From Octopus bimaculoides (lineage: Eukaryota): DNA of 59,811 bases. The translations under genes were made by a program, and so were the position numbers. Shown piece by piece: positions 48,518-59,811 of this stretch. Every line of letters begins with the position of its first letter. The first letter of the stretch is position 1. The DNA lies in NCBI RefSeq assembly GCF_001194135.2, contig NC_068988.1, forward strand, positions 74,119,988 through 74,179,798. The letters run 5' to 3'. The notes beneath the pieces were generated by a model. The model was not told the origin of the DNA, made no database searches, and saw only the letters and a list, made by a program, of their open reading frames with translations.

Positions 48518-49930
48518 GGTTGTGAAATGCTTTCTGGCCTCATTCTCTATCGAAAATCTCATCTGTATTGTTCCAAATTTCTTCCCACTGGCTATGTATG
48601 TTTTTATTCTCCAGATTGGCTTAAGGCACTGTCATGTGTGGGAAATGAAAAGAGGTTCACTTACCTTCCTCTCTTGTCTGCGCCCGTCTAGTAGTAGTCA
48701 CTCTGGCGATCCTGCCCTACCCCGTCACCTAGTACAAGCAGCTGCTACCTCACCAACCTGAAAGCGAATTCCCTCCCGTCTGTTTGCAATGCCTCAGCCA
48801 GTCAAAAGAGGATGAACGACCCTGTCCTGTCCCCCACCACACTTCCCTTCTCACGCTTCCTCTTCTGGTTAGTCCTTTGACCATTGATGTCATGACTCTC
48901 TTCTTCTCGCTGATTCTCACATGCCCCCCCCTGATCTCAAAGATCACCTCTTCACTTCATTCCATGTTGAAATCTACCACCCACCCGAGTGGGCACCTTG
49001 CACATTGTGATCTTCTTAAACTGGGAACCTCATTCTCTTCCTCTTCTCCACAATCATCATCCGACGAAGTGACAATGCTACAAACATCCAAGACATGATG
49101 CGGCATTCCATCTACAGAGATGTTGTTTTTGGAATTGACAGCCATCACTATTCCTCTGTTCCACTGAGTTGTGCAGCGTGCCTTTTGTGACTTGATCCAG
49201 ACTTCATCTTCCAACTCCACGAAGTCAGGCCCTCTCTCTTATACAGGGCACCTCAATGGTTTACTCAGATACTACCATTCATATTTGAATATAGCTCTAT
49301 GTGACAAGGACTCTTCGGCCTGTCCTGATCGGGGTGACATGTTGTACCAGAAACATGTCCCCTCTCTGCCGTGGCCTTCGATGATGTCTCTCCACAATCC
49401 CATTTCCACTTGGCCTGCATGGCGCTCTGAAAAAGTGATGCATTTTCCACCAGTCAAGCATCTCCTTCAGAGCCTTTGAACAAAATGCTGTGCTGTTGTC
49501 CATCAGCAATTCGTCCACAGGGCTCCGCTCTAAGAATACCTCATTTAGAATACATGCCTTTTTGTCTGCAGTGCCTGTCCTCAATTCCTTCCAAATGGCC
49601 ATCCAGCCTGGCCCACAATCGACCATTGAGAGATACATCCCCTGCTGGTAGTGTGTTACATCCACTGCTAATCGTCTCCAGTTGTACTCTACCAAAACGT
49701 TTCTCTGCTCATGCACACTCGGAGTAGGGTCGATGGATTGACACCTGTTGCAGTTCTTGACCACCTTCTCAATACGCCATCTAGTAACATCGACATCAAT
49801 CCTCCTGGTGAGATACAGGGTCCTATCCATACCCATATGATGCATGGCATGCAGTCTCCTTAGATGGGAGTCATTTAACTTATACATGTGGCTACCCCTT
49901 GCTTTGATTCTTCCGGCTCCCTTAACCAGG
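48518..49930 (-). mobile_element. Gypsy fragment: integrase + PPT + 3' LTR
   Basis: HHMG...CNRC zinc finger; LAVDVTHY, LMDNSTAF, GNGIVERHH; PPT GGGGGGG then TGTGAGAATC at 48921; AATAAA in the LTR. Confidence 0.88.
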
Positions 49931-50559
49931 ACTTTTTACTTCAAATATTGCAGCAAAGAATACCAGTTCTTCTAATATATCACTCTTTACAGTTCTCATC
50001 TTTTAAATTTATTGTACAAAACTGTTCAGCTAATTTGTAAGCTTGTCTAATTAGTCACTTTTTTCTGTATTTAAGGTAGTATATTAGCCAAATTCTACTT
50101 AAATAAGTATAGTGTTATTTGTAAACTTTAATAAAATAAGTTTTAATTTTAGCTGCAATATTTTAAGTAAATTTTAAGCTGCAATATTTTTAAGTAAAAA
50201 GTTTCTTATTCTTAACTTTATTATAAGTAATAGCTTGTCCTATACTTTTACTGGTGTAATAACTTGTCCTGTACTTTTCCAGGTTTATAATCTTAAGAAT
50301 ATTACTCTTCATGCTCGCATTTTTCCATGTAATCCATGATTTTTCCAGGCATTGCTGTTATAAGATAATTAATAATGTGTCAATTAATAATTTAAGATTT
50401 TACCTTATAAAATACTGAAAGATAATATTTCAAATTTTCCATGTAAGTGATGATAATATTTCAATTTTTTTCATGTTTAATTTAAATATATGTTGTGATT
50501 GAATTATTTGATATTACCCATCCACACCAAATTAATGGCAGGGATTTTTCCCATGTTGT

Positions 50560-51616
50560 TGGTTGCACTATTGCTTACCAAATGGAGAGGATATAAAAAT
50601 CTGACTAGAGTAACTACAGAATTCTCAATAGTTCAGTGTAGGTATTCTCTTTTTCACTGATCTTCAACTTTATGTTGACATCCCCTGGGAAGCTAATTTC
50701 CACAACCGTGCACTGTTTCTCTTCTCTATCCTAAATCATTATATCAGGTCTGTTGTGCTTACATTTTATTGAGGTCTTCACTGGGACATTCCTCCAGTAC
50801 TCCTTTTTATTATGAATGGCTATGGCTTCTACCATACCATGGCTTCTTATTTCTTTGTCTTCAGGTTATCCTTCCAACAGATTTCATTATCGAGTGTCCA
50901 GGCTACATCATGTGTCACCGGAAGATAATACCATGATGACATTTTCGGACAGATACTTATGATGTGGGTGATGTCTTCAGTGTAAACTCCACAAAGTCTG
51001 CATTGATTGTCACATTTTACTGCTTTTCCAGCATCTCTCTCCCTTTTGTGCATCAGGTACTTGGTTGATATTTCCTGTTTCTGGATTGCAAATGCATAAC
51101 CTTCAATATGGGAGGTTGTGATCCAGCTGTTGGTCCATGATAAACTGCTTTAATGATCAATATTACTATCATCACGGAGCTTTCTACTAACATATCCATG
51201 CATAGTCTTCTGCTCATAAAGGCTCAACCTTTTATCTGATGATATGTTGCAGTAGAGTCATGCGACTTCTTTAGACATGTATTCTAGGTTATCAGACAAC
51301 GAAAGTTTCTCAAAGAGCTGCCTTCCAAGTCTAACGATGTTATCGGCCTTAAGTATGCAAACTTGGTCAAGGGATGCACTTCAACACTTGCTTGTTAAAA
51401 GATGTTGCTGAAGGGATATGATATGATATTTAAAAGCATTTTGGATTGATGTTAAGCTTTTGCCGCCTTGTTTTCATTTTAGGTAGAGGCAGTCTATGTC
51501 ACAGTTTATATGGAAATTATGTGTGCTTGTTAGTAATTTTTGGGTTTTCACATCAATGGCTCAGATCTCATCAAGCGTCAAATCAAGGAGGCCAAATGTT
51601 GTTATGAGTACTAGCA
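50560..51616 (-). mobile_element. R4/Dong-clade LINE fragment (RT C-terminus, CCHC, REL)
   Basis: DCLYLK*KQGGKSL; EGYAFAIQKQEI; CRLCGVYTEDITHIISICP; HNRPDIMI...VVEISFP. Confidence 0.8.
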
Positions 51617-51659
51617 CTGATTTTAGAATAAAAGCTATATTGAACAAGAGGGGTAAGCT

Positions 51660-52350
51660 TTAATTCTTTTAATTAAAGAGGGAATATATTTATCTGGAAC
51701 ATTTTTGCTAAGTACATCAATATCAGAGCTAGAAGGACAAATAAGTCGTAAGGTTGGGTTATCAAAAATATTTCGTTTGCGGTCTTTTAAAATAAAACGA
51801 AGTTGTTTGGGATCACGAGGTTCAGTCTTCATCTCTAAGTCATATTTCTCCATAATTTTCTTAGCCTCAAGGTTGGCTTTCCTGATAGCACTTTTACCAG
51901 TAATCCTATAATTCTTTTGTTATACTTTCCCAAGCAATTCTAGGTAGTAATCCTTGGTAAGTCTGCATATGTTTCCTGTTTTATCAGATTGAACCAGTAT
52001 CCCATCAATATTGTGAATTTCTTTGGTGACATTGTGAAGATACCTCAGATGTTTATTTTTTAAGGGTGAACGATGGAATTTCACATTCCTCATGATAAAC
52101 CAGAAATCGTCTTCAAAATGTTTGAATCTTGGGTTAGGTGGAGGATTGTGTTTAGATTTAAACAATTTGCTGAATTCAAGAGTTAGATCGTTAGAAAGTT
52201 GTTTAATGTGTTTATTGTCAAAGAAGAAAGCAAGCCATCTAATACGGTTTATAAAGGAGTTTGTCTTACTAATGAGTTGTTTCAGGAAAACCTTTCTTGG
52301 GGGAATGGGTACATCCTTAAGAGATGCGCTTATATTAAATAACTCCATAT
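51660..52350 (-). mobile_element. PLE RT N-terminal fragment (non-Poseidon lineage, Neptune-like)
   Basis: SLKDVPIP...FINRIRWLAFFF; SDKTGN; LKDRKRN..NPTLRLICPS. Confidence 0.7.
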
Positions 52351-52970
52351 ATGGTAACTATTTTATTTGCAGGTTATATGGAAACCTGGTTGAAGTAGCG
52401 TATATAATTATATGTGTACTTTTTCAATATATACAAATAACATGGAAAAAAATAAATAATTACCAGGGTAGCAAAAATTCACATAAGTGCCAAGGATATT
52501 ACAGCCTAATTATAAATGTAGAAATTCCAGGGTTAAGTGAAATGTTTTTGTATAACATGGATAAATTAAGAAATGGAGTCAAATGCAGGTGTTATTCAAA
52601 TCCTTTATACTTATATTCATTGAAATCATTAAATTATGACAGTTATTAATTACCCCATGGTATTTGTATATTTTATTTTTACTTTTCACTTTCTATTGTT
52701 TCNNNNNNNNNNNNNNNNNNNNNNNNNNNNNNNNNNNNNNNNNNNNNNNNNNNNNNNNNNNNNNNNNNNNNNNNNNNNNNNNNNNNNNNNNNNNNNNNNN
52801 NNNNNNNNNNNNNNNNNNNNNNNNNNNNNNNNNNNNNNNNNNNNNNNNNNNNNNNNNNNNNNNNNNNNNNNNNNNNNNNNNNNNNNNNNNNNNNNNNNNN
52901 NNNNNNNNNNNNNNNNNNNNNNNNNNNNNNNNNNNNNNNNNNNNNNNNNNNNNNNNNNNNNNNNNNNNNN

Positions 52971-53071
52971 AATGCAGTACGATCGTTTCATGCAACTCCA
53001 TTTAATTATATTTGATGTAATGTTCACATTGCTCAATTAACTGGAGTCGCATGAAATGATCGTACTGCATT
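52971..53071. repeat. Inverted repeat (37-bp arms, 3 mismatches, 27-nt loop) adjacent to an N-gap
   Basis: AATGCAGTACGATCGTTTCATGCAACTCCATTTAATT vs AATTAACTGGAGTCGCATGAAATGATCGTACTGCATT. Confidence 0.88.
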
Positions 53072-53736
53072 AACTTTGGATATCCTTGTTGCTTATTTTG
53101 ACTATATATATATATATATATATGGTGGTGGTGGTAGTGCTGCTACTGTTGTTTCTGTTACTGATGGTAGTGGTGCTGCTGCTGTACACTACCAGAATTG
53201 GATACTTTGGTATATCTTTGTTATGAGTTCAACTGTCAATAATATAATGGCATCACTTCCCATTTGTAAAAAATTGACTTTGGTTCTAGTCAACAGGCTC
53301 TGCCATTTTTGATTGGTTTCAGTGTTAATCAATATTGTAGATATTGATACAACAGTCAATTCAGTTTTAGTATTGGTTCAACAACTGTCATTTAAATTAA
53401 GGAATATGTAAGGTGATGTTGTGGTATTTGACCATTAGCAATAATAATGAACTCGGGACAAAACTAATTTTGAAATACTTGTGTCTGCCATAAAATGGTT
53501 CTGTCTGAAGGTCTTTGTTCTCCATAAAGCAAACTTTAGAGATTTATCATGTCTTTAACACTCACCCATTGCAAGTTATAGGGAGACCTATGGAGGTAAA
53601 CTTCACTGACAACATCATACGTACTTGATCAATTTAATCAATTATAATTACCCAGTAGAAGAGAATAATGACACATCAATATCCACCATAAATTTTGTAT
53701 TAATTTTCACATTTTTTTCTTTTTAACTCTACACAG

Positions 53737-53946
53737 GACCAAATACTGATGGATATTAAGAACTATCACCAACAGACACCATTTATTCTATCTCTTTTGG
53801 AAGGCCATCTTGGAATGGTTCATATGTTCGTATCAAAAGGGGTAGATGTCAATGCAGTTGATAAAGATGGTAATAACTGTCTTCATCATGTATTGAAAAG
53901 AGAGATATTTCACTCTGAAAGTGAACACATGGATGTCCTAGATGAG
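53737..53946 (+). CDS. Ankyrin-repeat gene exon E (DQILMDIKNYHQQTPFILSLLEGH...DGNNCLHHVLKREIFHSESEHMDVLDE), phase 0-0
   Basis: CAG acceptor, GTAAGT donor, 210-nt open frame, ankyrin consensus. Confidence 0.9.
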
Positions 53947-54261
53947 GTAAGTTTTAAAATTGTGTGAGAGAGAAAGAAACAGATGTTGCCTCACTTCACA
54001 CCCATTAATCCCTTTGTCCATTACCATCAAGTAATCCAGTCTCTTCTAATAACCCTAGTTACATTATGTAATTCACAATATTCTTTCTTTCCACCCTCAA
54101 AGACATGACTCTACTGTTAATGAAGGTAACTCATCCAGGATGTTGGTCATATAAACACAACCATCAGAGTGGTTGTGTTTATAGGATTGGGAAGAGACCT
54201 ATTGAGGAGAGGAGGTATTCCAAAATGACAAAGATACAAGCTGAAGGAGGTGTGTGAGAGA

Positions 54262-54339
<78 letters not shown>

Positions 54340-54689
54340 GGAGAGAGAAACATGTTAGACAACTTTTATATTGCTGATGCCATAATAAAGACATTCAGTA
54401 CATTTTACAAAGAATTCTGACTGAAGCAGTTCTCTATCACACTTCTTCTTCATGACATACACCCACATACCCCTACCCTAGCATCTCAACTACCTCACCA
54501 GACATACTCCTCTTTGCTTTGTTGCTGCTACTGTTAATGAGATTGTTTAATGACGACTGTAGGTTAATAATACCAGACACCATTGCTACTATGTACAGTA
54601 GTACAAACATGATGCTGTATTAGTAGTAATGTTTATACAAAATTATCAGATCTACAGTACTACATGATTCCTTGGCTGTGCTTTTATAA

Positions 54690-56190
54690 AGGGTGACTTC
54701 AATATTCATGTTGGACAACAACAGGAGAGCTTCCAAAGTGTACGTGGTAGCTATGGGTATGATACAAAGAATGACAAGAGACCAGGGCTCCTGGAGTCAG
54801 GCACTGCAAATGACCTATTTGTAACACTAACTTCAGGAAACCAGCCAACCACCTGATCATCTGTGAATATTGTGAACATAAAAGCTAGATAGACTTCATT
54901 CTCACAAAAAAACAGGATAGATATGTGGGTGTGACTATATAGCGGCTGTCATTGGCTGTTCAAGTCCGTGTTATTAAATGGAAAAATAGTTCGTATGAAT
55001 CACCATAAGACATTTTTGTGTGTAAATATATTGTTTATTCTGTTTCCACCTTATCTGGTGGAAGCATGTAGTATGATACAAAAACATATGTGTTTACATA
55101 TAAAGAAAGTTTTGATTTTTGAAAGAAGTAGCATATAATATTTGTATTATAGTATGTATGCATGTGTGTAAGGAGAACAATAATTTTGAGAATGTGTGTG
55201 TGATAAAATATCTTTGTTTACGAAGAACCATATATCGTGTGTTGAGGTGAATAGGCATATGAGTCACATGTGGGAGATTGTACGTGGAGATGCAGAGAAG
55301 ACATGTGTCTTTGACCAAAGCCTGACAGGAACTGAGGCTGTTTCTACAGTGCAGCTCAGAATGAGGCTAGTGTCTCAGAACGAGGTTACTGTATCAAAGT
55401 GAGGCTAGACGTCTCATTGATATATTCAACTGCTGTGCAGATCAGCTCACATATTACTATGTAATATGTAGCTCTGCTACAACTATTAAGTCTTTCTTTG
55501 GTGAAGAATGTACCATCCAACACAGGTTAGTGATTACTGATTTTAGAATAAGAGGTATATTGAACTAGAGGAATAAGTTTGCTTGAAGAAGGTAGGTATG
55601 GAAGCTCAAAAGGCCATCAAACAGTCAGAGATTCAGAGAAATACTACTTGAAACATTTGATGAGAGGCAAGAGGAAATAGAGACTAATAGTATAAAGAGA
55701 AAATAAGAGATTGTCTTCCTGCTGAAGGCCACTGACTAGATATGTGATTGGTGCAAGACTTTAACCAGACGAAAGATGACATGTTAATAGAGCAGCATTG
55801 TAGATAGGGCTATAAAAGAGATGAGCCTAGGTAGACAGAAAATAGTGAGTAGTAAAGAAAAATAGTAAATAGCAGGATGAGTAAAGCTTGTGTGTAAAAT
55901 GTGATGTTACACGGTTGTATGAACCCTGAATGCTAGAATGTTAAGACTAGAAAGAAATGAGGCAAGCATGCTTCACTGGATATTGGTGTGCCTGAATGAT
56001 GCAGTAAAAATGAACTGAGAAAAACTGTGTCAGAGGAATCAGATATCATTTGTAAAATGGAAGACTGTGATGGCATGGACATGTGCTGTGAGTAGATGGT
56101 GCCTGGGAAAGAGGATGATCTAGAAAGACATGAGATGAAGGGATAAAATGCTGAACCTTTACAAAAGAGATGACAAAGGATCACATTTTG
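54690..56190 (+). mobile_element. Fragmented RTE LINE (EN and C-terminal remnants)
   Basis: GDFNIHVG...TNFRKP...IDFIL; EECTIQHRLVITDF; ERNEASMLHW...WHGHV. Confidence 0.65.
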
Positions 56191-57391
56191 TACATGTTGT
56201 GTCGACGCCCCCAAGCGAAGAAGTAGGATCGCCCAAGACATATAAATAGAGGTAGTCTAGCCGTGGTAGAGGAGTTGAGTAGCTCTTGGGTAGCAGTGGA
56301 GTAGAGATCATTCGAAGGTACTAGATAGCAGTAGCTTGAGACATAACAGTGGCGACGAGGATTCGCAGCTCACACAACCACTGTGTAGTATTGCAATATA
56401 ACAGTGGCGACGATGTTTCTAATAGCACCAAAAATGGAAGAGTTACTGAAAGCAGTAGTGAAACAACGAGAGCAGCAGCAACTACAGAAGTTAACAGAAC
56501 TGTTACTGCAGTCGAGAAATATGACAGAATCATTTTCAGCAGATGGTGTTGCAAATTCCATCGAAGAATTTCACTACAAACTGGATGAAGGAACTACTTT
56601 TGCGGCATATTACAGACGATACGAAGATATATTCAGAGAGGAATGTAAGGGATAGTCTAGTGAAAGGAAGGTAAGACTTCTTTTGCGAAAGCTTAAGTTT
56701 TTGTAACTTTATTTTGCCGAGAAAGCCCGCGGAATTGTGTTTTGATGAAACAATAAATATTTTGACGAATATTTTTAGTGAGAAAAGTTCACAGTTTAAT
56801 ATTCGATAGGAATGTTTAAACTTAAAGAAAAACGAGTCCAGTGATTTTGTGACATATGCTGGTATGGTTAACAAGGCTTGCGAAAGGTTCAAGCTGGAAG
56901 AATTAATGCCAAATATGTTCAAGTGTTTAATATTCGTTAAAGGGCTAGTTGCAACAGAAGATGCGGAAATTAGAAAAAGAATATTATCAAAGTTGAACCA
57001 AGATGTGAAACTCACTTTGCAGAAAGTGGCTGAAGAAAGCCAACAAATAATAAACCTTCGAGATGATACAAGGAAAATAGAAGACAAGAATAATGTACAA
57101 ATGTGTAAAGAAAGTATACAAAGAAGGAAAAATTTAAATTCAAAACGGTGCTATGGTTGCAGAGAGCGACATTTGAGGAAAGATTGCCCATTTAAAGATA
57201 AAACTTGTTTTAAGTGTGGTAAAATTGGGCATATACAGACGAAATGCCAGTCAAAGAAAACGGTAAAACAAAAGAAAGTCTACTCAACAAAAGTAAAGTT
57301 TGAGTTAAAAGAAAATGCGGTGCCGGTGTTTAAACCGAAAAGGAATGTACCATTTGTGGCATTGAATTAAGTTGAGAAGGAATTAAAACGA

Positions 57392-57919
57392 TTGGAAGAC
57401 CTGGAAGTAATTGAAAAAGTGGATTACTCGGAGTGGGCAGCTCCTACAGTATATATAAAAAAGAAGAATAACGAGGTAAGAGTATGTGCAGACTTCTCAA
57501 CTGGGCTGAATGACTGTTTAAAAAAGTATAATTATCCGCTGCCAAATCCAGAGGAAGTATGTGCCAAGTGCAATGGTGGGAAAATTTTTTCCAAGCTGGA
57601 TTTGTCTGAGGCCTACCTCCAATTACAGGTAGATGAAGAATGTGCTAAAGTATTAACAATTAACACTCATAAAGGTCTGTACCGTTTCAAAAGACTGCCA
57701 TTTGGGGTGAAGGTTGCACCAGCAATATTTCAGCAAGTAATGGATACTATGCTGGCAGATTGTGAGTTCGCGGTCCCATACCTGGATGACATATTGATTA
57801 AAAGTGAATCAAGGGACCAGTATAGTGAACATATAGAAGAGGTTTTCAAACGAATAAGTGATTATGGATTTAAAGTAAGGGAGGATAATTGTGAATTTTT
57901 TTTTACCAAAATAAAGTAA
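57392..57919 (+). pseudogene. Gypsy reverse transcriptase core
   Basis: SEWAAPTV, VRVCADF, FSKLDLSEAYLQ, RLPFGV, YLDDILI. Confidence 0.92.
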
Positions 57920-58399
57920 TTAGGACAGGTGATCAATGAAAACAGACGAAAACCAGACCTTTCTAGGATTGATGCGATAAAAAAATGCCTGCTCCCACTA
58001 ACAAAACAACACTACAAGCATTTTTAGGGTTGGTAAGTTATTACCAGTTGTACATACCTAAAATGTATGAGCTAAGAGCTCTGTTGAACAAATTACTAAA
58101 GAAGGACTCGAAATGGAGCTGGACAAATGAACGTCAGAAATCATTCGAGGAACTAAAAAAGCGGTTCACTTCAGAGTTATCATTAACTCATTTCAACCCA
58201 AAATTGAAAATAATTATGGCATCGGACGCCAGTGAATATGGCATAGAAACGGTAATATTGCATAAATTTAATGATGGTAAAATCAAAGCTATTGCACATG
58301 CATTGAGAGTTCTGTTACCAGTGGAAAGAAACTACAGCCAGATTGAAAACGAGGTGTTATCATTAATCTTCGCAATTACAAAATTCCATAAATTCTTAC

Positions 58400-59617
58400 A
58401 TGGGAGGAAGTTTACACTGCAAATGGACCACCGACCGTTATTTTCTATTTTCGGTTCAAAAACAGAAAATAACGCGCTCAGCAAACCGCTTACAGCGCTG
58501 GGGAACTACTCTGTTGAACTACGATTTTCAGATGGAGTTTTTGCCATCAATGAAAATGGGACACGCAGACAGGTTGTCTAGGCTGATTCCAAAATATGAG
58601 GAACCTTTTGAAGACATGGTGATTGCATCGTTAAAACTAGAAAAGGAACTGAAGAACATTTTGTGCAATGTAGTACGTGATTTGCCGGTAATGCTGGAAG
58701 AAATTAAATTGAAATCGCAAAATGATAGGTTTATAAATAACATTAAAAATATGTTGTGTAACACAAAAAATATAAAGGAGCTGGACGTAGGCTCAAAGTA
58801 CTATTCAGTATGTGATGAGGTATTATTATCCATGCAAAGAGTGGTAATACCTGAAATACTGCAAAACAGAGTATTAAAAGATTTTCATGTTGGACATCCG
58901 GGGATTGTCTGGATGAAAAGCCTTATGAGAAGTTATGTTTATTGGCCAAATATGGACAAACAAATTGAGAGACTGGTACAACAGTGTAGGGGATGCGCGA
59001 TGGCAGCAAGGGCGCCTCCAGTGCAGATACAGCCTTGGCCAAAAACAAATTCGGCCTGGTCCAGACTACATGTGAATTTTGCAGGACCATTAAATGGCTC
59101 CTATTATATCATTGTGGTGGATAGCTATTCCAAATGGCCTGAAGTATGTAAATGTTCAAGGCCAACCACAAGTGTGACGATTGACTTCTTGGAAGAACTG
59201 TTCGCTCAGTATGGAGTGCCAGATACGATCGTGCCAGATAATGGGACACAATTCTCAGCGAGGCAGTTCAAAAGATTCTGTAAATCGGTTCAAATGAAGC
59301 ATGTGTTAACTCCACCATACCACCCAAGGTCAAATGGGTTAGTGGAAAGATTCGTCGACACATTCAAGAGAGCTTTAAGGAAGACCAGATGGGAAACCTT
59401 TGAAGATACAAAGATGACAAAGTTTTTGCAAGTGTATAGAATAACACCGAATCCAAATGCAGAGTCGGGTAGGTCACCTGCAGATTTGATGTTTTCCAGA
59501 AAAATTTGTTCTATTTTTGACAAATGGTTGCCGAGCAGGAAACAGAAAATAGAAAATTCGGGAAGAAAAACAAAATTTTTTAACACAGGTGACAAAGTGT
59601 ATTTTAGAGTATACTAG
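58400..59617 (+). pseudogene. Gypsy RNase H end + integrase (405-aa open frame)
   Basis: FHVGHPG...CRGC; WSRLHVNFAGP; IVPDNGTQF; SNGLVERF. Confidence 0.92.
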
Positions 59618-59811
59618 CAGGGTTAAAGAGAATAATGAAATCTAAAAACGCCGTCTAGACTACGCATCATCTTTATATATAGAGATGTATATACACACAC
59701 GCACCCAAACACACGTATATATATGTATATCAATATAAATATATGAAAGTCAATGAAGTTTCGTAAAAGAAGGTGATCATGTACATACTTTCTTGCTGTT
59801 GTGATTATAAC

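Larger units (their letters stand above)
56195..59620 (+). mobile_element. Gypsy (Mag-like) element: short 5' LTR, PBS (tRNA-Ser-GCU-type), gag, RT, RNase H, integrase; protease absent; no 3' LTR seen
   Basis: TGTTG start 56195, TATAAATA 56241, ...AACA 56348, PBS TGGCGACGAGGAT 56350; two knuckles; SEWAAP, YLDDILI, DASEYG; integrase. Confidence 0.92.

Noticed and set aside
52373-52470. Missing phase 2 ankyrin exon (LYGNLVEVAYIII)
   Set aside because: The acceptor is plausible, but there is no convincing phase 0 donor, ankyrin similarity is weak, and it abuts a PLE 5' end.
24615-53946. Assigning a gene symbol (e.g. MIB2 or ANK)
   Set aside because: Only generic ankyrin repeats are visible; no diagnostic domains (MIB/HERC2, ZZ, RING, ZU5) are in the window.

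Overview
This is eukaryotic genomic DNA: AT-rich, microsatellite-rich, with eight N-gaps. The tRNA-derived SINE types and TE content suggest an octopus or coleoid cephalopod, which is an inference. I found no prokaryotic genes, operons, rRNA genes, intact tRNA genes or CRISPR arrays. The one host gene I can support is a + strand ankyrin-repeat protein gene. It has five identifiable coding exons (24615-24718, 30014-30165, 32052-32208, 42984-43732, 53737-53946), and at least one linking exon is missing. Most of the rest is decayed, often nested transposable elements: Tx1/L1 (x2), RTE (several), R4/Dong fragments, a DD37D mariner, Penelope-like elements (PLEs), Helitrons, four Gypsy-type LTR elements, a Tigger interrupted by piggyBac, and several SINE families. 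Four observations stand out. (1) A PLE terminal repeat is built as tRNA-like Pol III head + (TAA)n + minimal hammerhead ribozyme + tail, and is present in two inverted copies. (2) A separate 107-bp mini-insertion, made only of the post-ribozyme tail, has its own 11-bp TSD and the same pair of end points as the 1.4-kb element. (3) A single 749-nt exon encodes about 7.5 ankyrin repeats that vary at DARPin-like paratope positions. (4) Phase-symmetric ankyrin exon modules are preceded by 260-280-nt AG-exclusion zones, which hints at regulated combinatorial splicing. All calls come from manual reading and no searches were run. Many TE boundaries are approximate.
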